The notes below the pieces were generated by a model that was not told where the DNA came from, did no database searches, and saw only the letters and a program-made list of their open reading frames with translations. From Micropruina sp. (GTDB lineage: Bacteria > Actinomycetota > Actinomycetes > Propionibacteriales > Propionibacteriaceae): 24,000 nt of DNA. Positions 1 to 9,228 of the stretch are shown here, piece after piece. Each line of letters starts with the position of its first letter. Position 1 is the first letter of the stretch. The translations under genes and the position numbers were made by a program. The stretch is from assembly GCA_016711205.1 (NCBI GenBank), contig JADJTM010000001.1, positions 1,497,894 to 1,521,893 of the forward strand, in the 5' to 3' direction.

Positions 1-56
1 TGCCCGTACTGCGCCATAGGGCTGACCTTACCCACAATTCAGCGCCCGCCCACATT

Positions 57-2432
57 TCAGACCGGGTCGCCGAGCTTCCAGTCGCGCACCTCCGGCATAT
101 CTTCCAGGTGCTCGACGATGTAGCTCTGGTGCCTCGCCAGCTGGGACTCGCAGAACATCATCAGGTCACCCGAGCCGCGCCTGGTCACCCGCATGTTGTT
201 GAGCACGTCCATCACCAGGTGGTAGCGGGAGGTGCGGTTGCGGACCACCATGTCGAACGGCGTGGTGGTGGTGCCCTGCTCGATGAAACCGCGGACCCGG
301 AACCGGTCGGCGTCGGGACGTCCGTGCACCAGTTGATGGATGCCGCCCGGATAGCCGTGGAAGGCGAAGACCACGTCGCGGTTGTCGGTGAACAGCTCCT
401 TGAAGTAGAGCTCGCTCATGCCGTGCGGATGGTCCTTGGGCCGCATCAGCGTCATCAGGTCGACCACATTCACCACCCGCAGCCGAATGTCGGGCAGCTT
501 CGCCTTGATGATCTCGGCCGCCGCCACCGTCTCCAGAGTAGGGATGTCGCCGGCGCAGGCCAGCACGATGTCGGGTTCGCCCGCGTCCTCCACTGTGCCG
601 GCCCATTCCCAGATCGAGGCGCCCTTCGTGCAATGCTCGATGGCCTCGTCCATCGTCAGCCACTGGGGTTGCGGCTGCTTGTCCTGCACGATCAGGTTGA
701 CGTAGTTGACGCTGCGGAAGCAGTGATCGGCCACGCTGAGCAGGCAGTTGGCGTCCGGTGGCAGGTAGATACGCGAATGCTGCGCGCCGCCGTTGAGCAC
801 CACCTGCAGCATGCCCGGTCCCTGATGGCTGAAGCCGTTGTGGTCGTTGCGCCATGCCGTCGAACTGAGCAGCACGTTGAGGCTCGGCACATCGGCGCGC
901 CAGGGCAGATGGGACGCCTCCTGCAGCCACTTGCCGTGCTGAATGGTCTGGCTGGCCGACACCATGGCGAAGGCCTCATAGGTGGCGAACAGGCCGTGCC
1001 GTCCGGTCAGGTTGTAGGCCTCGAGCCAGCCGTGACAGTTGTGCTCGCTGAGCACCTCCATTACCCGGCCGTTCGGGCTGAGGTTGACGTCGATGTCGAC
1101 CAGCGACTCCATCCAGGCCCGATCCGAGAGCTCGAAGACCGCACCGAGCCGGTTGGAGTTGGTCTCGTCGGGACAGAACAGCCTGAAGGTGTCGGGGTTG
1201 CGCCGGTAGGCCTCGCGCATCAGCTCGCCCAGCTTGCGGGTGGATTCGATGCGCTCGATGCCACGCTGATCGACAGGCACGGCGAGGTCGCGGAAATCGG
1301 GCAGGTCGAGCGGTTCGGTGAGCAGGCCCCCGTTGGCGTACGGGGTGCCCGACATGGACGCGATCTTGTCGGGGTTGGCGGCCAGGACCAGCTCGGTGGG
1401 CCGTCCGGTGTCGTCGAAGAGCTCTTCCGGCCGGTACGACTTCAGCCAGTGTTCCAGCTGTGCCAGATGCGCCGCATTGGTCTGCACCCCCGACAGCGGC
1501 ACCTGATGGGCCCGCCAGGTGCCCTCGACCTGCGTACCGTCCACCTCGTGCGGCCCCGTCCAACCCTTGGGGGTGCGCAGAATGATCATCGGCCACCGCG
1601 GACGCTCGGTGAACCCGGCCCCCTCGCGGGCCTGCTCCTGGATCTGCGTGATCGTCGCGTACGCCTGGCCGAGCGCCTCGGCGAAGCGGTGATGCATGCC
1701 GGGCAGGTCATGGCCGTCCACCTCGATCACCTCATAGCCATGCCCCTCGAACAGCGCACGCACCTCGGCCCTGGGCTTGCGGGCGAGCACGGTGGGTGCG
1801 GCGATCTTCGCGCCGTTGAGATGCAGGATCGGCAGGACGGCGCCGTCGTGGTCGGGGTTGAGGAATGAAATGCCCTTCCACGACCCCTCCAGCGGGCCGG
1901 TCTCGGCCTCGCCGTCGCCCACCACCGCGATGGTCAGCAGATCGGGATTGTCGAACACCGATCCGAACGCGTGGATCAGCGCGTAGCCGAGCTCGCCGCC
2001 CTCATGGATGGAACCCGGAGTGGTCACCGACACGTGGCTGGGAATGCCACCGGGCGCCGAGAATTGACGAAAGAACTTCAGCAGGCCCTCATTGTCTTGC
2101 GTGATGTGGGGAAAGGCGTCGGTGTAGGTGCCCTCCAGGTAGGACGCTCCGACCAGCGCCGGGCCGCCGTGGCCGGGGCCGGTGATGTAGAGGCAGTCCT
2201 GAGCGGTGTGTTTGATCAGCCGGGACACGTGGGCGTAGATGAACGCGAGGCCGGTGCTGGTGCCCCAGTGGCCGAGCAGCCGCGGCTTGATGTGCTCGGG
2301 CTTCAGCGGTTCGCGCAACAGCGGGTTGTCCATCAGGTAGATCTGGCCGACGGTCAGGTAGTTGTTGGCCCGCCACCAGGCGTCCAGGCTCTGGAGTTCC
2401 GGTTCGGTGAGTGCAGGAAGAGATGCCGACAT
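57..2432 (-). CDS. xfp: Xylulose-5-phosphate/fructose-6-phosphate phosphoketolase (TPP-dependent)
   Basis: 791-aa ORF, full length for the family. Characteristic N-terminus (...LDAWWRANNYLTVGQIYL...HIKPRLLGHWGT), EGGELGY and VVGDGEAETG thiamine-diphosphate/metal-binding signatures. ATG at 2430-2432. The long + strand ORF opposite it is Arg/Gly/His-rich shadow. Confidence 0.95.
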   Translation of the reverse strand: MSASLPALTEPELQSLDAWWRANNYLTVGQIYLMDNPLLREPLKPEHIKPRLLGHWGTSTGLAFIYAHVSRLIKHTAQDCLYITGPGHGGPALVGASYLEGTYTDAFPHITQDNEGLLKFFRQFSAPGGIPSHVSVTTPGSIHEGGELGYALIHAFGSVFDNPDLLTIAVVGDGEAETGPLEGSWKGISFLNPDHDGAVLPILHLNGAKIAAPTVLARKPRAEVRALFEGHGYEVIEVDGHDLPGMHHRFAEALGQAYATITQIQEQAREGAGFTERPRWPMIILRTPKGWTGPHEVDGTQVEGTWRAHQVPLSGVQTNAAHLAQLEHWLKSYRPEELFDDTGRPTELVLAANPDKIASMSGTPYANGGLLTEPLDLPDFRDLAVPVDQRGIERIESTRKLGELMREAYRRNPDTFRLFCPDETNSNRLGAVFELSDRAWMESLVDIDVNLSPNGRVMEVLSEHNCHGWLEAYNLTGRHGLFATYEAFAMVSASQTIQHGKWLQEASHLPWRADVPSLNVLLSSTAWRNDHNGFSHQGPGMLQVVLNGGAQHSRIYLPPDANCLLSVADHCFRSVNYVNLIVQDKQPQPQWLTMDEAIEHCTKGASIWEWAGTVEDAGEPDIVLACAGDIPTLETVAAAEIIKAKLPDIRLRVVNVVDLMTLMRPKDHPHGMSELYFKELFTDNRDVVFAFHGYPGGIHQLVHGRPDADRFRVRGFIEQGTTTTPFDMVVRNRTSRYHLVMDVLNNMRVTRRGSGDLMMFCESQLARHQSYIVEHLEDMPEVRDWKLGDPV

Positions 2433-2610
2433 GTCTTCACGCTAGCCAGCCGGGCGAGTCAGCGACAGGTCCAACAGGGAAGTCTCGACAAGCTCGACCA
2501 CCCGGGCCTTGATGTCGTTCATACCGGCGAACGCCGGGATCTCGGGTAGCCAAAGCAAGCGCACGGGCAATCACAGCAACCGAGAGTCATCCCGCAGCGG
2601 AGATCCCGGC

Positions 2611-2764
2611 GTGCGCCGGGATGACGAGAGGAGTGCGCCGGGATGACGAGAGGAGTGCGCCGAGATGACGAGAGGAGTGCGCCGAGATGACGAGAGGGGT
2701 GCGCCGGGATGACGAGAGGCGTGCGCCGGGATGACGAGAGGAGTGCGCTGGGATGACGGGTGCG
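2611..2764. repeat. Tandem array of a 22-bp unit GTGCGCCGGGATGACGAGAGGA (6 full units plus 1 decayed unit)
   Basis: Counted directly. Units start at 2611, 2633, 2655, 2677, 2699, 2721 and 2743 (last one degenerate). Point variants are CGGGAT/CGAGAT and terminal GGA/GGG/GGC. The period is not a multiple of 3. The array lies between the stop of the 2800-3741 gene and the start of xfp. Confidence 0.95.
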
Positions 2765-2799
2765 GGGGTCTCGTGCCCTCGACCAGCGAGGTCGCGTCC

Positions 2800-3741
2800 T
2801 CAGGCGTCGCCGGCGAACGTGGTACGACCCCGCAACTTGGACGCCAGGTGCTCGTCGATCTCGTCGGCCACCACCGAGATGGCCCGCAGCGCCTGGTGCA
2901 GATGTGCGGGCACGAACGGCTGCGCGAAGATCGACAGCGACACGAACACCCGGTCGCGGATCAGCATGAACCGCACGAACCGGGCCTCGGTGTTGAGGTC
3001 GCTGAGCACCTCCATGGCCCGGCTGCGGCCCTCCACCTCGTGCACCACCGCCGAGAACACCAACACCTCCTGGGCGTCGGTGGTGGCCCGGACGAACACC
3101 ATGGTGGAGCCGACCCGCAGGGCGAAGTCACCATCGGCGTCCTGTAGCGGGGAGTGCCCGAGCAACTCGGTGAGCTCGGCCTCGATCAGCCGGTCGAGCT
3201 GCGCCTTGCCGGTCACCGGGTGAGCGATCAGGTCGTCGGAATCGAAGGTCGTGGTCGGAGCCTCCCTGGCACCGGGCGGGGTGAGGATCTCGGCGAGTTG
3301 GTCGGGCGCGAGGAAGGCCGGGTGCGGCACCGAGTAGATGTCGCGCAGCACCCCGCTGGCCTGCCGGGCCAGGGCGAGGGCGTTCTCCTGGTCGCCAGGC
3401 ATCCAGTAGTTCTCGCAGGGGTGACTCGAGTCGACGTTCGGCGGGTTCCAGCCGAGCTCTTCGAGCGCCTCCAGTTGGTGCGGGGCGAGCTGGAACTCCT
3501 CGCTCAGGGACGCGTTGCCGGCCGCCTCGGCGATCAGGGCGTCCTGCGGCAGACAGCGGAACAGCACATACGGCGAAGTGCCTTCCTGCTCGGTGGCCAA
3601 CGAACCGATCGTCAGGGTGGCGCCGGCGTCCATGTGCGCGATCACATCGGCCAGCCGGACGGTGAAGTCCGTCCACGCCTCGTCCGTGCTGCGGTCGAGG
3701 TCGAAGTCGTGCACCTCGCTGGGATTGATCGGTTCGTCCAC
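2800..3741 (-). CDS. Hypothetical cytoplasmic protein with YbjN / TY-Chap-like (T3SS-chaperone-like) fold, two domains
   Basis: 313-aa acidic ORF with protein-like composition. The C-terminal half (DGDFALRVGSTMVFVRATTDAQEVLVFSAVVHEVEGRSRAMEVLSDLNTEARFVRFMLIRDRVFVSLSIF...) recalls the YbjN 'putative sensory transduction regulator' pattern. GTG start at 3739-3741 is bounded by an upstream in-frame TAG. GGAGG sits only 1 nt upstream, so the exact start is uncertain. Confidence 0.7.
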   Translation of the reverse strand: MDEPINPSEVHDFDLDRSTDEAWTDFTVRLADVIAHMDAGATLTIGSLATEQEGTSPYVLFRCLPQDALIAEAAGNASLSEEFQLAPHQLEALEELGWNPPNVDSSHPCENYWMPGDQENALALARQASGVLRDIYSVPHPAFLAPDQLAEILTPPGAREAPTTTFDSDDLIAHPVTGKAQLDRLIEAELTELLGHSPLQDADGDFALRVGSTMVFVRATTDAQEVLVFSAVVHEVEGRSRAMEVLSDLNTEARFVRFMLIRDRVFVSLSIFAQPFVPAHLHQALRAISVVADEIDEHLASKLRGRTTFAGDA

Positions 3742-3831
3742 GCCTCCAACCTAGTGCTCAGCACCGGGCGTTCGGCAAGGTGGTTCGCCACCGGTCCCGC
3801 GCAGCCGGAACACGGCTCGTCCACGGCCGGG

Positions 3832-4764
3832 TCAGCCCAGCAGCCCGGCGACCAGCGTGATGACCGGCACCGACAACATGGTGGAGGTGAAGATGGAGTC
3901 GCGGGCCAGCAGTTCCCCGACCTCGTAGCGCGAGGCGATCACGTAGATGTTCTGGGCGGACGGGAGCGCGGCGATCACCGTGACCGCCAGCAGTTCGTGC
4001 CTGGTCAGGTCGAACAGCTGAACGCCGAGCCCCCAGGCGATGAGCGGCATCACCACCAGCTTGATGATCAGGATCAGCCGGACCTGCGGAACGTGCCCAC
4101 CCCGTCCGGACATCGGGTCGAGGCGCAGCGAGATACCGAAGGCCAGCAGCATCGCGGGCACGGCGATGGCGCCGACCATGTCGATCGGGGCCATCAGCAG
4201 GGTCGGAATGGTGACGCCGGCCAGGTTCACCGCGACGCCGGCCAGTACAGCCATGGTGATCGGATTGCGCAGCGGTAAGGTCGGATAGGCGTACCAGGGC
4301 ACTCGCCGACCGGCGTGCCGGGCGCTTCGGGTGTCGAGCAGGGCGAGCGCCAGCGGCTGCAGCAGGCCGACCTGAATCAGCATGATCGGCGCCATCCAGC
4401 TCATGTCGCCCAGAATCGCGGCGGCGATCGGCAGGCCGAGGTTGCCGGCATTGGTGTAGCTGGCGCACAGGGTGCCGATCACCGCGCGGGCGTCGAATGG
4501 GCCGAACAGCGCGCGTGCCGCCAGCAGGTAACTGAGACCCGCGGCGGCGATGGCCAGCAGCGACACGGTGAGCGTGTGCGAGAACAGGTGCGCCAGGTCG
4601 GCCTGGGCGACGATCGAAAACAGGAGCGCCGGTGACGCCACCAGAAAGGCCAACCGGTTCAACAGCGCGCGGTGCAACTCGCCGAGCACCTTGAAGTGGG
4701 CCAGCAGGACGCCGGTGACCACGATCGCGGCGATCGTGAAGAAGCCGGCCAGCGCACCCTGCAC
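3832..4764 (-). CDS. AEC (auxin efflux carrier) family membrane transporter
   Basis: 310-aa polytopic hydrophobic ORF. The N-terminus MQGALAGFFTIAAIVVTGVLLAH, the length and the roughly 10-TM layout are typical of the Mem_trans/AEC family. Confidence 0.85.
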   Translation of the reverse strand: MQGALAGFFTIAAIVVTGVLLAHFKVLGELHRALLNRLAFLVASPALLFSIVAQADLAHLFSHTLTVSLLAIAAAGLSYLLAARALFGPFDARAVIGTLCASYTNAGNLGLPIAAAILGDMSWMAPIMLIQVGLLQPLALALLDTRSARHAGRRVPWYAYPTLPLRNPITMAVLAGVAVNLAGVTIPTLLMAPIDMVGAIAVPAMLLAFGISLRLDPMSGRGGHVPQVRLILIIKLVVMPLIAWGLGVQLFDLTRHELLAVTVIAALPSAQNIYVIASRYEVGELLARDSIFTSTMLSVPVITLVAGLLG

Positions 4765-4861
4765 CCGGTGAGCCTATTGCGGTGATCGGCCGGACGAGGC
4801 ACCGTCCCGGCAAGGCGCGGCGTAGCCGGTCGGCGGCCGCCGCAGCGTACGATGACGGCCG

Positions 4862-6139
4862 ATGAGCGCCCGCAACCACCTGATCGACCTGGCCAGGGCC
4901 ACGTCCGTTCTGGTGGTCGTCACCTTTCACTGCCTGCTGTATCAGTTGCAGGTGGTGGACGGGCTGCCGCAGGTCACCCCGTGGGCTCCGCTTCCGCACG
5001 CCGCGTGGTGGAGCGCCAGCTGGTTCATCATGATCATCCCGCTGTTCTTCATCGCCGGCGGGTTCGCTCACGCCCTGGTGGTCGACAAGCACCGGGCACA
5101 GGAGCGTTCCTACACCTACTACCTGGCCGCCCGCGCGCATCGGCTGGTCGGCCCGCTGCTGCTGTTCGTCGGTTTCTGCACGGTGCTGAGCACGCTCGGT
5201 GCCTGGTTCGGGCCCACCGGGCCCAGCATCGCCCTCAGCATGCAGTTCGCGCAGCTGCTGTGGTTCATCGCGATCTACCTGGTGATCGTCGGGGTGGCGC
5301 CGGTCATGGTCAGCCTGCACGACCGGACGCCCTGGCTACCGCTGCTGGTGCTGGGGCTGCTTGCGGTGGGCGTGGACGCCTGGTCGTTCGCCGCCGGCGA
5401 CACCGGGGTGCGGTACCTCAATCTGCTCACCGTGTGGCCGCTGTGCCATCAGCTGGGCATCGCGTACCACCGGGGCTGGTTCCGCAGCGGGCCGGTGTGG
5501 GTGCCGTGGCTGGTGATCGCCGCCGTGGCAGCGATCATCCCGGTGCTGATATTCCGCTTCGGCTACCCCCCTTCGGCCATCGGCTTGGGCGACATTCCGG
5601 TCGCCAACGTGCTGCCGCCCACGGTGGCGATGGCGGTGCTGGCAACGGGCCAGGCCGCGGTGCTGGGCCTGTTGCAACGGGCCGGGGTGGCCCGGCGGCT
5701 CCCGGCCCGCACCGAACGCGGCGTGGCGGTGGCCAACGCGTTGGCGGTGACCACCTACCTGTGGCACATACCGTGCATCGTGCTCGCGGGCGGGTTGCTG
5801 TTCGGCCTGTCGAGGGTGGTTCCCGGCGCGACGGACGTGCTGATGTCGCAGCTCGCGGTGGTGCTGGTGACCTGGACCGTGATCGGGCTCGTTGCGCCGT
5901 GGATCGGACGCCTCGAACTCGCGCTGATCCCACGGCTGGGTGATACCCCCGGACGCACCGTGCTGCCCGCCTACCTGCTGCTGGTGGTGGGCACGGGCCT
6001 GGTGTGGCGCTTCGGCACGGTGCTGCACCCCAGCCAGCCCGGCTCAGCGCTCGGGTTGGCGCTGCTGGGCACCGGCATGGCCTGGCTGGCCCGGGCCGCC
6101 GGCGCAGCGGCGCCAAGGCGGACGCACGCCCTCCCATAG
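4862..6139 (+). CDS. Acyltransferase family 3 integral membrane protein
   Basis: 425-aa hydrophobic ORF. The N-terminal motif RNHLIDLARATSVLVVVTFH matches the R-x(n)-D-x-x-R...H opening of Acyl_transf_3 proteins. Divergent from the AEC transporter. Confidence 0.85.
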   Translation: MSARNHLIDLARATSVLVVVTFHCLLYQLQVVDGLPQVTPWAPLPHAAWWSASWFIMIIPLFFIAGGFAHALVVDKHRAQERSYTYYLAARAHRLVGPLLLFVGFCTVLSTLGAWFGPTGPSIALSMQFAQLLWFIAIYLVIVGVAPVMVSLHDRTPWLPLLVLGLLAVGVDAWSFAAGDTGVRYLNLLTVWPLCHQLGIAYHRGWFRSGPVWVPWLVIAAVAAIIPVLIFRFGYPPSAIGLGDIPVANVLPPTVAMAVLATGQAAVLGLLQRAGVARRLPARTERGVAVANALAVTTYLWHIPCIVLAGGLLFGLSRVVPGATDVLMSQLAVVLVTWTVIGLVAPWIGRLELALIPRLGDTPGRTVLPAYLLLVVGTGLVWRFGTVLHPSQPGSALGLALLGTGMAWLARAAGAAAPRRTHALP

Positions 6140-6170
6140 ACTGAGTGGGGCGACGTCGGGAGGTGAGCCC

Positions 6171-6668
6171 GTGGATCCGACCCAATGGGGCGCGCCGTTC
6201 GAGGCCGTGGTGGCTGCGCTGTTCTGCATCGTGCTGCTGCGCGCCAACGCCACCTACTGGGCTGGACGTCTCGTGGCCCGCGGGGCGAATCGCACCCGGG
6301 CTGCCCGCTGGATGAACACCCAGAGCTACCAGCGCGCCGTGGAGCGGATCAACCGGTGGGGTGCGCCCGCGGTCAGCGTGAGCTTTCTGACCATCGGCGT
6401 GCAGACGGTGATCAACCTGGCCGCGGGAGCGACCAGGATGCCGCTGACCCGATACCTGCCCGCCAGCGTGGTGGGATCGATCGCTTGGGCGTTCCTGTAC
6501 GGCACGGTGGGCTTCGTCGGCTTCGAGGCGTTGGCCGTGTTGTGGCAGCACTCCCCCGCCGTCGCCGTCCTGGCCGGGCTGGTGGCGCTCGCAGGCCTGG
6601 CCTGGTTCGTGTTGCGGCAGCTGCGCAGCGCCGTCGGCGTCGGCGGCATCGGCCCGGACGGGGCGTAG
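6171..6668 (+). CDS. DedA / VTT-domain family membrane protein
   Basis: In-frame GTG at 6171, 7 nt after GGGAGG (6158-6163). 165 aa with LLRANATYWAGR...RINRWGAPAVSVSFLTIGVQTVINLAAGATRMP..., resembling the actinobacterial DedA/SNARE-associated core. The upstream part of ORF 5940-6668 overlaps the acyltransferase and is Arg/Pro/Trp-rich junk. Confidence 0.65.
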   Translation: MDPTQWGAPFEAVVAALFCIVLLRANATYWAGRLVARGANRTRAARWMNTQSYQRAVERINRWGAPAVSVSFLTIGVQTVINLAAGATRMPLTRYLPASVVGSIAWAFLYGTVGFVGFEALAVLWQHSPAVAVLAGLVALAGLAWFVLRQLRSAVGVGGIGPDGA

Positions 6669-6840
6669 TGTCGCGCCGCCCAAGTCACTGACCGTTTCGC
6701 AGCGCCTGAGCACGCACCCTCGCTGCGTTCTCCTCGCTCCAGCGACGACCCGGATCCTGCGGAGCACCCGGACGGCGGCACGTGCCGCGCTCGATGGCGG
6801 GTTCAGCAGAACTGTCTGCGGCATCATCTAGCGTCGTTCC

Positions 6841-8196
6841 ATGAGTCGTACGAGTCAGAGCAAGCGTGCCGCCAGGGCCAAGGATCGCGCCCGCCAGCGG
6901 GCCCACGACAAGCAGCGCACGCACGCGTCCGCGCCCAGGTCGACCGGCTTCACCGCCAGCGATGAGGAGATGTTCTTCAGCAGTCCCTTCGGCACGCCGC
7001 AGCAGATGGCTGCCGCGGCACGCACCAGCGGGTCAAGGGGAGCGCCCCCGCGGGCATCGTCGAGCAGCTCGCGGGTGCTGGGACGCCGGGGCGCCCGCTG
7101 CACCGGCCTCGTTCTTCGCCGAGACCCAGGTCGTGCTCAGTGGCTGGACCGCTGAGTTGTACGGCAACGGCTGGCAGCCGACCGAGCTGCTCCGGTTCGT
7201 CCGGCTTCAAGGGTCTGCCGCCGGCACCGCGTTGATCCGGCTCGCGATGTGGGCGGAGCGATCGGCTCGGCAAGGCTCCACCACGAGCGACCAGCGCTGG
7301 GTCGAGCAGTGGGGGGCCGCCGGGCTGCCGTCCCGGTCGGTGTCGCCGGAGTGGCTGCAGCAGTGGGTCGGCGGCTCGTCGGGTGAGCAGGCGCACCGGG
7401 AGATCTTCGACCTGGTCGCTCTGCTCGGCAGCGCACCCCGTCTTGAGCTGTTGCTACCCCCGCCACCGGGCGTCCGGCATGCGTCGCCGGCGCTCGGCGG
7501 GCCCTCCGCGGGTACTCAGGACCCCATGCTGGCCCGGGTGCGCGCCCTGCTGGCGAAGGCTGAGTCCACCGAGCACGAGTCCGAAGCGATGGCTTTCACC
7601 GCCAAGGCTCAGGGCTTGATCACCAAGCACGCCATCGACCTGGCCGCCGTGCACAGCGACCAGCCGGTCACCGAGAGCCCGCAGTTGATTCGCGTCGCCA
7701 TCGACGCGCCCTACGGCGATGCCAAGGCACTGCTGCTGCAAACCCTGGCCGAGCAGACCCGGTGCCGAACCGTGTTCCATGCCGCGCTGGCCATGTCGAG
7801 CGTGATCGGCTACCCGACCGATCTGAAGGCGGTCGAGCTGCTGTTCACGTCGCTGCTGGTGCAGGCCCAACGCGCTCTGGCCGAGGCGAGCGTCAGCGCC
7901 CGCCCGGCTCGCGCACCCGATCGCCGGCGTTCCGCTCCGCCTTCCTGCGAGGCTTCACCGCGCGAATCGGTGAGCGTCTCGAAGCGGCGAACCGGTTGGC
8001 GTATGCGAACGCCGGTGCGGCGACATTCCTGCCGGTGCTGCGCTCCAAGGGTGCACTGATCGACGACTTCGTCACCGAGCACTTCGGCGGCACCGTGGCC
8101 AAAGCCGTTCGCGGCGGCTTCGACACTCGTGGCTATGCGCACGGCCAGCTGGCCGGCGACGCAGCCGCGCTGACCGCAGGCACGGTCACGGCCTGA
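6841..8196 (+). pseudogene. DUF2786-family gene interrupted by about three single-base frame changes
   Basis: The protein-like signal runs as follows. Frame 1 covers 6841 to about 7020 (MSRTSQSKRAARAKDRARQRAH...PQQMAAAA). Frame 3 covers about 7023-7105 (HQRVKGSAPAGIVEQLAGAGTPGRPL, best GC3 there). Frame 2 covers about 7090-7900 (AELYGNGWQPTELLRFVRL...LARVRALLAKAESTEHESEAMAFTAKAQGLITKHAIDL = DUF2786 core). Frame 1 resumes at about 7906-8196 (GSRTRSPAFRSAFLRGFTARIGERL...LPVLRSKGALIDDFV...GGFDTRGYAHGQLAGD...). The out-of-frame tails (for example ...SCRCCAPRVH) are junk. Confidence 0.7.
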
Positions 8197-8232
8197 ATGT
8201 CATCCGCAGGTGGTGGTGTCGCAGCCCGGTGG

Positions 8233-9228
8233 CTACTGCACGGTGAGCGCGATCTTGCCGATCGAGCTGCCTGAGCCGATCAGCTCGTGAGCCGCGCTCA
8301 GCGTGGCCGGGTTGAGCCCGTGCAGCGTGGTGGTCAGCGTGCTGCGCAGCCGGCCCTCGTCGACCAGGCCGGCGGTGGCGGCCAGCAGCCGGCCCTGTTC
8401 GGCCACGTCTGGGGTCAGGTTGATGATGCGGGTGAACATGTACTCCCAGTGAAAGCTGATCGCCTTCGGCTTCAGCGGCAGGATCGAGCCGGGGTCGTCG
8501 TCGATGGCGACGATCGCTCCGAACGGCCTGAGCAGGCTCGCGTAGGCCTCGATGTTGCCCGGCGTGTGGGCGGAGAAGACCCAGTCGAGCCCGTCCGGGG
8601 CGAGCGGAGCGACCTCGGCGACCAGGTCGCGATGCCCGGCGACGTGGTCGGCGCCCAGCTCGCGCACCCACGCGCGCGAGTCGTCGCGACTGGCGGTGGC
8701 GATCACCGTGACGCCGGTCAGCGCCCTGGCGAGCTGGATCATCACGCTGCCCACACCGCCGGCCCCGCCGACGATCAGCAACGTGCCGGTGCTGTCGGCG
8801 CGCAGCCGCAGCCGTTCGAACAACGACTCCCACGCGGTGATCGTGGTCAGCGGCAGCGCCGCGGCCTCGGCCCAGTCGAGCGTGGCCGGTTTGCGGGCCA
8901 CGATGCGCTCGTCGACGGCGTGCAGTTCGGCGTTGGTGCCCGGACGGGTGTTGTCGCCGGCGTAGTACACCTCGTCGCCCGAAGTGAACCCGGTCACTTC
9001 TGCTCCCACCGACTCCACCACGCCCGCGGCGTCATAGCCGAGCGTGATGCTGCCGCCGTCCGGTAGTCGCTTGAGCATCTTGGTGTCGACCGGGTTGACC
9101 GAGACCGCCCGGACGCGCACCAGAAGGTCACGCGGGCGCAGAATCGGCACCGGTACCTCGTCGAGGGTGAAGGTGTTCTGCGCGGTTCGTCCGGCGTGTG
9201 CGACCACAGCCATCATCGTCTGACCCAT
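8233..9228 (-). CDS. MDR-superfamily NAD(P)-dependent oxidoreductase (quinone oxidoreductase-like 'zinc-binding alcohol dehydrogenase family')
   Basis: LLVRVRAVSVNPVDTKM, GYDAAGVVESVGAEVTGF.SGDEVYYAG and the Rossmann motif LLIVGGAGGVGSVMIQLA. Start placed at ATG 9226-9228 (MGQTMMAVVAH...). ATGs at 9216 and 9213 are alternatives. The 46-codon upstream extension of the ORF looks non-coding. Confidence 0.85.
   Translation of the reverse strand: MGQTMMAVVAHAGRTAQNTFTLDEVPVPILRPRDLLVRVRAVSVNPVDTKMLKRLPDGGSITLGYDAAGVVESVGAEVTGFTSGDEVYYAGDNTRPGTNAELHAVDERIVARKPATLDWAEAAALPLTTITAWESLFERLRLRADSTGTLLIVGGAGGVGSVMIQLARALTGVTVIATASRDDSRAWVRELGADHVAGHRDLVAEVAPLAPDGLDWVFSAHTPGNIEAYASLLRPFGAIVAIDDDPGSILPLKPKAISFHWEYMFTRIINLTPDVAEQGRLLAATAGLVDEGRLRSTLTTTLHGLNPATLSAAHELIGSGSSIGKIALTVQ

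Noticed and set aside
108-1868. 586-aa + strand ORF opposite the phosphoketolase gene
   Set aside because: It is a shadow ORF typical of high-GC DNA. Its composition is dominated by Arg/Gly/His/Val/Ala with no recognisable motif, and it lies fully inside a gene with unambiguous family signatures on the other strand.
3758-6827. Long - strand ORFs 3758-5320 (520 aa) and 5535-6827 (430 aa), and + strand ORF 4852-5943
   Set aside because: These are extreme Arg/Pro/Gly/His compositions in alternative frames of the AEC transporter, acyltransferase and DedA genes. They are not protein-like.
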